DNA of 64,000 bases from Candidatus Eiseniibacteriota bacterium (GTDB lineage Bacteria > Eisenbacteria > RBG-16-71-46 > SZUA-252). The stretch covers positions 1-64,000 of the forward strand of contig JANMQV010000003.1 in assembly GCA_031370645.1 (NCBI GenBank). The letters are read 5' to 3'. Of this stretch, positions 8,076-16,097 are shown piece by piece. The notes beneath the pieces were generated by a model. It made no database searches. It saw only the letters and a list, made by a program, of their open reading frames with translations, and had not been told where the DNA came from. The position numbers and the translations under genes were made by a program. Position 1 is the first letter of the stretch, and each line of letters starts with the position of its first letter.

Positions 8076-9461
8076 ATGAAGGAATTCCGGCCGCTCGATC
8101 CGGCCCTCGTCCCGCCCTACGTCCTGGACCTCCTCCGCGCCCTTCAGGGAGCGGGGTATCGCGCGGTGCTGGTCGGCGGCTGCGTGCGCGATCTCGCGCG
8201 CGGTGTCGAGATCTCGGACTGGGACATCGGCACGAGCGCCCGGCCCGAGGCCGTGCAGTCGCTCTTTCCACGCACGGTCCCCACCGGACTGAAGCACGGC
8301 ACCGTCACAGTATTGACCGCGCACGATCCCGTGGAGGTCACGACGTTCCGCGTCGAGTCGGGGTATAGCGACGCGCGACGTCCGGACCGGGTCGACTTCA
8401 CCGACGATCTCCGCGCCGACTTGGAGCGGCGCGATTTCACCATCAACGCGATCGCGTGGGATCCGATCGCGGAGTACGAGGAGGACCCGTTCGGGGGCAG
8501 GAGCGATCTCGCGGCCGGCATCCTCCGCGCGGTGGGCGATGCGCGCGATCGCTTTCGGGAGGACGGGCTCCGTCCCATCCGCGCCGCGCGCTTCGCGGCG
8601 ACGCTGGAAGTGGAGATCGTCCCCGAGACGTTCGATGCCCTCGGCGAGTCGAAGGAGCAGGTCGCGCGGGTCGCCGCGGAACGGATCCGCGACGAATTGG
8701 TGAAGATGCTCCGCGCGCGCGAACCGTCGCGCGGATTCGAAGTGCTCCGGCGCTCGGGATTACTGGACGTGGTCCTTCCGGAGTTGGCCGCGACGATCGC
8801 GGTGCCTCAAAACCGCTATCACGCCTACGACGTCTACTTTCATACCCTCTATACGTGCGATGCGGCGCCGCCGGAGAAAGCGGAAGTGCGCCTTGCGGCG
8901 CTCTTCCACGACGTGGGGAAGCCGGCCACGCGCGCCGAGCGCCCCGACGGCGACGCGACCTTTTACAATCATCAGTACGAGTCGGCCCGCCTGACGGAGG
9001 CCGCCATGACGCGCCTCCGATTCTCGGGAGAGATGACCGAGCGGGTCGTCCATCTCGTTCGGCAGCACATGTTCGATTACCGGCACGAATGGTCCGACGC
9101 CGCTGTCCGACGTTTCCTTCGAACCGTCAGGCCCGAAAACGTGGCCGACCTCTTCGATCTACGCATCGCCGACAACGTGGGGAATGGAACGAAAAGCGGT
9201 TTTCCGCATTACCTCGGCGAATTGACGGAGAGGATCGATGCGATTCTGGCAGCGGCTCATGCCTTCACGATCCGCGACCTCGCGGTGGACGGGAAGGACG
9301 TGATGCGGGAATTGCGCCTCCCAGCCGGCCCCGCGGTGGGGGCCTTTTTGGAGCGGCTCCTGGAGGAGGTGATCGAGCATCCCGAGCGTAACGACAGGCC
9401 CTACCTACTGAAGCGGCTCCGGGAGGGTTACGCGATTGACACGAAGGGCCCCGCCGCCTAA
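8076..9461 (+). CDS. cca: CCA tRNA nucleotidyltransferase with HD domain
   Basis: Motifs VGGCVRD, DWDIGT, RRDFTINA, EDGLRPIRAARF, AERIRDE and HD motif LFHDVGKP. Confidence 0.9.
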   Translation: MKEFRPLDPALVPPYVLDLLRALQGAGYRAVLVGGCVRDLARGVEISDWDIGTSARPEAVQSLFPRTVPTGLKHGTVTVLTAHDPVEVTTFRVESGYSDARRPDRVDFTDDLRADLERRDFTINAIAWDPIAEYEEDPFGGRSDLAAGILRAVGDARDRFREDGLRPIRAARFAATLEVEIVPETFDALGESKEQVARVAAERIRDELVKMLRAREPSRGFEVLRRSGLLDVVLPELAATIAVPQNRYHAYDVYFHTLYTCDAAPPEKAEVRLAALFHDVGKPATRAERPDGDATFYNHQYESARLTEAAMTRLRFSGEMTERVVHLVRQHMFDYRHEWSDAAVRRFLRTVRPENVADLFDLRIADNVGNGTKSGFPHYLGELTERIDAILAAAHAFTIRDLAVDGKDVMRELRLPAGPAVGAFLERLLEEVIEHPERNDRPYLLKRLREGYAIDTKGPAA

Positions 9462-9464
9462 ACT
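9436..9464 (+). promoter_or_regulatory. sigma70-type promoter for the polyprenyl synthase-rsfS-argS-pfkB operon
   Basis: TTGACA-N17-TAAACT; SD AGGAG at 9499-9503 before TTG 9508. Confidence 0.7.
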
Positions 9465-9507
9465 TTGGCCGCTGTAATCCCTCACCATCTCAAGCATTAG
9501 GAGCCCT

Positions 9508-10524
9508 TTGAGCGAATCGAAAGGACGGCCGTCCGCGGCTGTCGAAGAGCCGACGCTGGAAATTATCCGGCAGCCGATCGCCGCCCCGTTCGATCAGTTC
9601 ATGGATCGGTGGGACGAGGCGTTCCTCTGCGACGTTCACCTCGTCGGCGCCGTCGGAGCGCATCTTCACCGCGCGTTCGGAAAACGATTCCGCCCCACGC
9701 TCCTGCTCCTGGCCGCCCGCGGTTTCGGGTCGGTGAGCAACCAGGCCATTCTCGGCGCTGTGGTTGTCGAGTTGATTCACACCGCCACGCTGATCCACGA
9801 TGACAGCGTCGACAAGAGTCTCGTCCGCCGCGGGCTTCCGACGGTGAACCACGTCTGGAACAACGATGTGGCGATCCTCATGGGCGACTATCTCTACTCG
9901 AAGGCCTTCTCGATCCTCGTTCGGAACAAGATGTACGACGCGATGGATCTCCTGGCCGAAGCGACCCATCTCATGAGCCAGGGAGAGTTGCGCCAGATCG
10001 AGCAGAAAAATCGGCTCGACCTGAGCGAAGCCGAGTACATGCGCGTCATCGACGAGAAAACCGCCTGTCTCATGGCGGCCGGATGCCACTATGGCGCTCT
10101 CTCCTCCGGCGCCTCCGTCGAGGCCGCGGAGGCGATGGGACGCTTCGGGCGCTCGCTCGGGCTCGCCTTCCAGATCACCGACGACATTTTCGACTACCTC
10201 GGCTCCCAGAACGTGATGGGGAAAGCCGGCGGGAGCGACTTGGAAGGCGGGAAGATCACCCTGCCGCTCCTGACGGCGCTTCGAAACGCGAACGAGAAAG
10301 ACCGGGGAGAAATGATCGAGTTGATTCGTAACCGTGAATTCCGAAACGGGCACTGGCCCGACGTCGTCCGCTTCGTCACCGAGAACGGCGGCGTGGCGCT
10401 CAGCGAGGAGCGCTCGGCCGCGCTCGCGCACGACGCCGAGAAGGAACTTCGCCACATCTCCGACAAGACGGCCCGAACGGCCCTTCAAGACGCGGTTCAT
10501 TACGCCGTGACCCGTCGCCGGTGA
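9508..10524 (+). CDS. Long-chain trans-polyprenyl diphosphate synthase (IspB/HepT-like)
   Basis: Motifs GKRFRP, FARM ATLIHDDSVD..RRG, KTA and SARM FQITDDIFD. Confidence 0.92.
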   Translation: MSESKGRPSAAVEEPTLEIIRQPIAAPFDQFMDRWDEAFLCDVHLVGAVGAHLHRAFGKRFRPTLLLLAARGFGSVSNQAILGAVVVELIHTATLIHDDSVDKSLVRRGLPTVNHVWNNDVAILMGDYLYSKAFSILVRNKMYDAMDLLAEATHLMSQGELRQIEQKNRLDLSEAEYMRVIDEKTACLMAAGCHYGALSSGASVEAAEAMGRFGRSLGLAFQITDDIFDYLGSQNVMGKAGGSDLEGGKITLPLLTALRNANEKDRGEMIELIRNREFRNGHWPDVVRFVTENGGVALSEERSAALAHDAEKELRHISDKTARTALQDAVHYAVTRRR

Positions 10525-10904
10525 CCGCCCCCAAGAAGGCGAAGCCGGTCAAGACGGGGCCGCCGGCCCACGAACTGGCGCACGCCGCCGCGAGACTGAC
10601 GCTCGGCAAGCGGGCCGAGGACGTTGCCATCCTCGACCTCCGCGAACTCGACGGCATCTGCGATTACTTCGTGCTCGCCACCGGGCATTCCGAGGTGCAG
10701 GTTCGCGCCATCGCGGACGCGGTGGAGGAGGGAATGGCAGCGCATGGCGCGAAGCCGTGGCACTCCGAAGGGTACGAGGCGCGCCGCTGGATCCTGCTCG
10801 ACTACGTCGATGTCGTCGTCCACGTCTTCCACGCCAAGGCCCGCGAGTACTATCTCCTCGACAAACTCTGGGGCGATGCCCGACGCGAAGTCATTACCGA
10901 TTGA
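10521..10904 (+). CDS. rsfS: Ribosome silencing factor
   Basis: Motifs DYFVLATG, WILLDYVDVVVHVF and REYYLLDKLW. Confidence 0.95.
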   Translation: MTAPKKAKPVKTGPPAHELAHAAARLTLGKRAEDVAILDLRELDGICDYFVLATGHSEVQVRAIADAVEEGMAAHGAKPWHSEGYEARRWILLDYVDVVVHVFHAKAREYYLLDKLWGDARREVITD

Positions 10905-12555
10905 GGCCTACCTCGCCGAACGCGTGAACGACGCGATCGGCCGCGCGGGATTTTCCCTCCCCGAGGGCGCGCGGGTCGAGATCGAGGTTCCGCGCGAGCA
11001 GGGACGGGGCGATTGGGCCACGGCCGCCGCGCTCGTGCTGGCGAAGTCGGCCAAGCGTCCGCCTCGCGAGGTCGCGACCGCGCTGGTGGCGGCGTTCGAG
11101 TCCGATCCGGCCATTCTCGACCGCGTCGAGATCGCCGGCCCCGGCTTCCTCAACTTCCACCTTTCCGGCGTCTGGCTCCGCGGCATGATTCGGAGCATCG
11201 TCGCCTCCCCCGATACGTTCGGCGCGACGAACGCCGGCCGCGGGGAACGCGTGCTCGTGGAGTACGTGAGCGCGAATCCCACGGGACCCCTGAACGTCGT
11301 GAGCGCGCGCGCCGCCTCGGTGGGGGACGCGCTCGTTCGTCTCCTCCGCGCGGCGGGATACGCGGCCGACGGCGAGTTCTACGTGAACGACTGGGGCAAT
11401 CAGGCGGAGCTCTTCGGCGCGTCGGTGCGGACGCGCTATGCGGAGGCCCGCGGGCTTCAGGCCCCGGCCATCCCGGAAGAAGGGTACGCCGGCGCCTATG
11501 TGGGCGACGTGGCGGCCGCGCTCGACCCCGAGCAGGCGAACGCGTGGCTCGCGCTCGAGGAGCGGGAGCAGCGCCTCCGCTTCGGCGCCGCGGCGATCGA
11601 GCGAATGGTCGAGTCGCAGCGGAACGCACTCGGGCGATTCGGGGTTCGGATGGAGCGGTGGTTCTCCGAAGGCGAACTCCACCGAACGGGCGCCCTCGAC
11701 CGCGCACTCGAGCGGCTCGAGCAAGGCGGACACGTGGAGGAGCGGGAGGGAGCGCGTTGGTTCCGCTCCACGACCTTCGGCGACCAGGAGGACCGGGTCC
11801 TCGTCCGCTCGAACGGCATTCCGACCTACTCGCTCGCGGATGCGGCCTATCACGAAAGTAAATTCGAGCGCGGGTACCAGCGCCTGATCGATATTCTCGG
11901 GCCCGATCACCACGGTCACGTCGTCCGATTGAAGGGGCTCGTGGCGGCGTTGGGGCACGACCCTGCCTGTCTGGAAGTGATCCTCCTTCAGTGGGTGAAA
12001 TTGATGCGGGGTGGGGAAGTCGTGAAGATGTCGAAGCGCGCGGGCGACTTCATCTCGATGGAGGAATTGGTGGACGACGTCGGCGTCGATGCGGCCCGCT
12101 TCTTCTTCCTCATGCGCCGCTCCGAAAGTCCGGTCGACTTCGACATGGAACTCGCCGCGAAGCGGAGCGAAGAGAATCCGGTCTATTACGTTCAATACGC
12201 CCACGCTCGGATCGCCCACGTGCTCGACTACGCCCGTGGGCAGGGGGCGCCGGAGCCGAATCCCGACACGGCCGATCTCTCGCTCCTCTCCGAACCGGAG
12301 ACCGAAACGGTGATGCGGTCGTTAGCGGGATTCCCTTCGCTCGTGGCGGCCGCGGCGCGGACCCACGAGCCCCATCGGATCACCACATATCTCAAGGACT
12401 TAGCCGCCACGTTTCATGCGTTTTATCACCATCATCGCGTCGTGACCCCGGACGCGCGCCTCACCGAGGCGCGTCTCCTCTTGACCCAGGCAACCGGTAC
12501 CGTCATTCGCCGCGCCCTGGGGCTTCTCGGGGTGAGCGCGCCGGAGGCGATGTGA
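10876..12555 (+). CDS. argS: Arginine--tRNA ligase
   Basis: Motifs AGPGFLNF, VEYVSANPTGPL, EFYVNDWGNQ, KMSKRAG and NPVYYVQYAHAR; ends with C-terminal APEAM. Confidence 0.96.
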   Translation: MPDAKSLPIEAYLAERVNDAIGRAGFSLPEGARVEIEVPREQGRGDWATAAALVLAKSAKRPPREVATALVAAFESDPAILDRVEIAGPGFLNFHLSGVWLRGMIRSIVASPDTFGATNAGRGERVLVEYVSANPTGPLNVVSARAASVGDALVRLLRAAGYAADGEFYVNDWGNQAELFGASVRTRYAEARGLQAPAIPEEGYAGAYVGDVAAALDPEQANAWLALEEREQRLRFGAAAIERMVESQRNALGRFGVRMERWFSEGELHRTGALDRALERLEQGGHVEEREGARWFRSTTFGDQEDRVLVRSNGIPTYSLADAAYHESKFERGYQRLIDILGPDHHGHVVRLKGLVAALGHDPACLEVILLQWVKLMRGGEVVKMSKRAGDFISMEELVDDVGVDAARFFFLMRRSESPVDFDMELAAKRSEENPVYYVQYAHARIAHVLDYARGQGAPEPNPDTADLSLLSEPETETVMRSLAGFPSLVAAAARTHEPHRITTYLKDLAATFHAFYHHHRVVTPDARLTEARLLLTQATGTVIRRALGLLGVSAPEAM

Positions 12556-12557
12556 CC

Positions 12558-13487
12558 ATGTCGATCGTCGTCGTCGGGTCCCTCGGACTCGACACCATCG
12601 AAACTTCGGCGGGACGCGTGGAAGAGGTGTTGGGCGGTTCGGCCGCCTACTTCGCGCTGGCGGCCCGGCACTTCCTCCCCGTGTCGCTTGTGGCGGTGGT
12701 AGGAAGCGACTTCCCGCACGGGGCAGAGACCATGCTGAACCACCCCGAGGTCGACCTGGAGGGCGTGGATCGACTGGAAGGGAAGACGTTTCGGTGGGAG
12801 GGCGTCTATTCGAAGGACATGAACTCGCGGAAGACGCTCCGAACCGAATTGAACGTCTTCGAGAACTTTTCGCCCGACCTGCCGGAGCGGCTCCGGTCGC
12901 TCCGAAACGTCTTCCTGGCCAACATCGATCCCGAATTGCAGCTCCGCGTGTTCGAGCAGCTCTCGCACCCGAAGCTCGTGATGGCCGACACGATGAACTT
13001 CTGGATTCAGAACAAGCGCAAGGAGCTTCTGAAGACGCTTCGCCACGTGCGCATCCTTCTCATCAACGAAGAGGAAGCCCGCGAACTGACCGGCGAGCCG
13101 CTGACGCAGCACGCGGCGAGGGCGATCCTGAAACTCGGCCCCGAGACCGTCGTGATCAAGCAGGGCGAACATGGAGCCTTCCTCCAGAACGCCGAAACCT
13201 ACTTCGTCTGCCCCGCCTTTCCGACCGAGAATCTCGTCGATCCCACGGGCGCGGGCGACACCTTCGCCGGCGGCTTCTTCGGCGCTCTCGCCCGCATGGG
13301 TCGCGTCACCGAGCTGAATCTCCGGCGCGCCGTCGTCTACGGTGTGGTGTTCGCGTCGTTCACGGTGGAGGGATTCGGCGTCACGGGACTTCTTCGTGTC
13401 GAGCGGGAGGAGATTCTCCGCCGCGCCGAGGCGATCATGGCGATGACGGCGTTCAGTCTCGACGATACGGCTCGACTCCTTCGGTGA
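12558..13487 (+). CDS. PfkB-family carbohydrate or nucleoside kinase
   Basis: Motifs GGSAAY, NEEEA and the anion-hole sequence DPTGAGDTFAGG. Confidence 0.92.
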   Translation: MSIVVVGSLGLDTIETSAGRVEEVLGGSAAYFALAARHFLPVSLVAVVGSDFPHGAETMLNHPEVDLEGVDRLEGKTFRWEGVYSKDMNSRKTLRTELNVFENFSPDLPERLRSLRNVFLANIDPELQLRVFEQLSHPKLVMADTMNFWIQNKRKELLKTLRHVRILLINEEEARELTGEPLTQHAARAILKLGPETVVIKQGEHGAFLQNAETYFVCPAFPTENLVDPTGAGDTFAGGFFGALARMGRVTELNLRRAVVYGVVFASFTVEGFGVTGLLRVEREEILRRAEAIMAMTAFSLDDTARLLR

Positions 13488-13595
13488 CCCGACTCCCGTT
13501 GACGGTGTCGGATGATTGACGCATCCGGGCGTTGCCTCGGGATCGAATGGCGAGATAACTCCTTCTCGCCGGCCATGGATGGCAGGCGTCGCGGA

Positions 13596-13611
13596 TGGCA
13601 TGCCGGTTGCC
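13596..13611 (+). promoter_or_regulatory. sigma54 (-24/-12) promoter upstream of the HD-GYP gene
   Basis: TGGCATGCCGGTTGC matches TGGCACG-N4-TTGC with one mismatch and exact GG-N10-GC spacing. It is intergenic and lies about 50 nt before the start codon. Confidence 0.65.
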
Positions 13612-13660
13612 GTAGTCAGCGGCTCGAAAGGTCGCACAACCCTGGGATGGGAGGAATCAT

Positions 13661-15010
13661 TTGGCGCCCGTGAACGCGGCCACCACCACGCCGACACCGA
13701 CCGCCGCAAAGCGGAAGCGCTCGTGGCCGCTGGAAGCCGCGTGGTATGTGGTCCCCTCATTTCTCGCGGCGCTGCCGTTTCTCCTCGCGCTCTTCGGTGG
13801 TCCGGAGATCCTGCAACTACGGTGGGATTTCTGGGGAGTCGCCGTGTGGTTTGTGCTTCTCCTGGCGGCGGAAGCGCTCCCGATCCCACTCCCTCGCGGC
13901 GGCACCGTGACGGTGGCATCCATCCTCGACATCGGCGCGATTCTTCTCTTCGGCCCCTGGATCGCGGCGGCGCTCGATCTCGTGACCACCGTGCCGGCGC
14001 AGATGCTTCTCCTTCGCCAACGAGGAGACGCCGCGGCGCTGAATGCCGGGCTCTACGCCTCCACCACGATCCTCGCCGGCGCCGCCTACCTGGCGGCCGG
14101 CGGCTCACTCGGCGCGCCCCGCCTCCCTCACGATCTCATCCCCATTCTCCTGGGTGGCTCGCTCTATTTCGCGCTCAACACCGGCTGGGTGAGCCTCGTC
14201 TTGGGCGCGAAGACGAACGAGTCGGCGCTCACCATCTGGCGCCAGCAGTTCCGTGACGGCGTCCCGCAGGCGGCTCTCGCCATCGGCTTTGGGCTGCTCT
14301 TCGCGCAGGTGCGGATGGTGGCCGGTATCGGCGGCGTCCTCCTGTTGGTCGTGCCGCTCGTCCTCGCCCGCCACGCGCTTCGGCTCTACGCCGATCTTCG
14401 CGAGGACCTCGTCTCCTTCGTTCGCGCCCTGAGCGTCACGCTCGACGCGGTCGACCCCTACACGCACGAACATTCCGTCCGCGTAGCCGACTACTCTGTC
14501 CGTCTCGCGCGCCATCTTGGCCTTCCCGAATCGGAGGTCGAGACGATTCACTACGCGGCGTTGGTGCACGACATCGGAAAGATCGCGCAGCGTCCCGACG
14601 TCATCCGAAAGCCGACCTCGCTCGACGACGACGAGCGGCGCGTCATGATGCGCCACCCCGAGGCGGGGGCGCGCATCGTGGGCGAGATCCGCTCGCTCCG
14701 CGCGGCCGCCGTGATGGTGCGGACGCATCACTGGCGTCCCGACGGGAAGGGGTACCCTCCCGGTTTGAGCGCGGCGGACGTGCCGCTCGGCGCCCGAATC
14801 ATCAACGTCTGCGACGCCTTCGACGCCATGACCTCGGATCGCCCGTACCGGCGCGGGCTCGCTCCGGCGCAGGCGCTTGGAGAGTTGCGACGCCACGTCG
14901 GCACCCAATTCGACGCCGACTTGGTCAGCGCGTTGGCGGACTTGTACGAGGCGGGACTCCTGGGGACCGAGGCGTCCGAGGCCGCGACGATCGTGGAGGA
15001 CGTTCGATGA
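13661..15010 (+). CDS. HD-GYP domain protein (c-di-GMP phosphodiesterase-like) with a multi-TM MASE9-like sensor
   Basis: N-terminal TM bundle; motifs DPYTHEHSVRV, HDIGK, HHWRPDGKGYP and DAFDAMTSDRPYR; SD GGGAGGA before TTG. Confidence 0.9.
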   Translation: MAPVNAATTTPTPTAAKRKRSWPLEAAWYVVPSFLAALPFLLALFGGPEILQLRWDFWGVAVWFVLLLAAEALPIPLPRGGTVTVASILDIGAILLFGPWIAAALDLVTTVPAQMLLLRQRGDAAALNAGLYASTTILAGAAYLAAGGSLGAPRLPHDLIPILLGGSLYFALNTGWVSLVLGAKTNESALTIWRQQFRDGVPQAALAIGFGLLFAQVRMVAGIGGVLLLVVPLVLARHALRLYADLREDLVSFVRALSVTLDAVDPYTHEHSVRVADYSVRLARHLGLPESEVETIHYAALVHDIGKIAQRPDVIRKPTSLDDDERRVMMRHPEAGARIVGEIRSLRAAAVMVRTHHWRPDGKGYPPGLSAADVPLGARIINVCDAFDAMTSDRPYRRGLAPAQALGELRRHVGTQFDADLVSALADLYEAGLLGTEASEAATIVEDVR

Positions 15011-16038
15011 GCCGGTACGAGGACGCGGGCGTCAATATCCGGAAGGGCGAAGAGGCTGTCGCGCGCATCAAGCAACTTTGCCGGACGACGTTCGGTCCGG
15101 GCGTCGTAGGGGACGTCGGCGCTTTCGCCGGCGCGTTCCGCGTGCCGGGCGCGCCTGGGAAGATCTTGTTGTCGAGTATCGACGGCGTCGGCACGAAGTT
15201 GAAGGTGGCGATCCTCTGCGACCGCCATGACACCGTCGGCTACGACCTCGTCTGTCATTCCGGTAACGACATCCTGGTCCACGGCGCCACGCCTCTCTTC
15301 TTCCTCGACTACATCGCGATGGGGGCGCTCTCGACCGAGCGCGTGGAGCAGCTCGTCTCGGGCCTCGCGCGCGGCTGCCGCGAAGTGGGGTGCGCGCTGA
15401 TCGGTGGAGAAACGGCCGAGATGCCGGGCCTCTACGCGCCCTCCGACTACGATCTCGCCGGCGCGATCGTCGGCATCGCCGAGGAGAACGCCGTGATCGA
15501 CGGGCGCGGGATCGAGTCGGGCGACATGCTCCTCGGCCTCCCGAGCGTGGGACTCCACACGAACGGCTATTCCTTGGCGCGGAAGATTCTCTTCGACACG
15601 CTCGGATTGAGCGTGCGCGACCGATTCCCGGGACTCTCGGAGACGGTCGGCGAAGCGCTTCTGCGCCCGCATCCTTACTACGGGCCCGCCGTCGCGGCGG
15701 CGCGCGCGTCCGGCGACGTCCGCGGCATGGCCCACATCACGGGCGGCGGCATCCCCGGAAATCTCGTGCGTGTTTTGCCGGAGGGACTCCGCGCCGATGT
15801 GGCGCGCGGCTCGTGGCCGGTGCCGCCGATCTTCCGCACGCTCTGCGATTCCGGCCGCGTCTCGGAGGAGGAATCGCTCGAGGTCTGGAACATGGGCATC
15901 GGGATGGTGCTCGTCGTGAAGCAATCGGACGCCGACGCGGTGGAGCGCTCGATCGGCTCGGCCGGGCATGGCGTTTATCGAATCGGATCGATTTCCGCGG
16001 GGTCGCGGGAGGTTCGGATCGTCGGCGGCTCAGCGTAG
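15007..16038 (+). CDS. purM: Phosphoribosylformylglycinamidine cyclo-ligase (AIR synthase)
   Basis: Motifs DGVGTK, PLFFLDY, GGETAEMPG, HTNGYSL, HITGGG and NMGIG. Confidence 0.97.
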   Translation: MSRYEDAGVNIRKGEEAVARIKQLCRTTFGPGVVGDVGAFAGAFRVPGAPGKILLSSIDGVGTKLKVAILCDRHDTVGYDLVCHSGNDILVHGATPLFFLDYIAMGALSTERVEQLVSGLARGCREVGCALIGGETAEMPGLYAPSDYDLAGAIVGIAEENAVIDGRGIESGDMLLGLPSVGLHTNGYSLARKILFDTLGLSVRDRFPGLSETVGEALLRPHPYYGPAVAAARASGDVRGMAHITGGGIPGNLVRVLPEGLRADVARGSWPVPPIFRTLCDSGRVSEEESLEVWNMGIGMVLVVKQSDADAVERSIGSAGHGVYRIGSISAGSREVRIVGGSA

Positions 16039-16097
16039 CGCCGGCGTCGTGGAAGAACCGGGCTGGGGCCCGGTCGCGAAGGGAAGGGGGGCGCACC

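Noticed and set aside
13530..13612. Possible c-di-GMP-I (GEMM) riboswitch upstream of the HD-GYP gene, suggested by the GCCGGTTGCC ending
   Set aside because: The GGCAAA, GNRA tetraloop and ACGCAAA core elements are missing. The same bases are better explained as a sigma54 promoter. An Rfam search would settle it.
15390..16097. Apparent long N-terminal domain of the sigma54 activator in the 605-aa ORF
   Set aside because: It overlaps purM in another frame and is Arg-rich noise. ATG 16098 has its own purine-rich SD.
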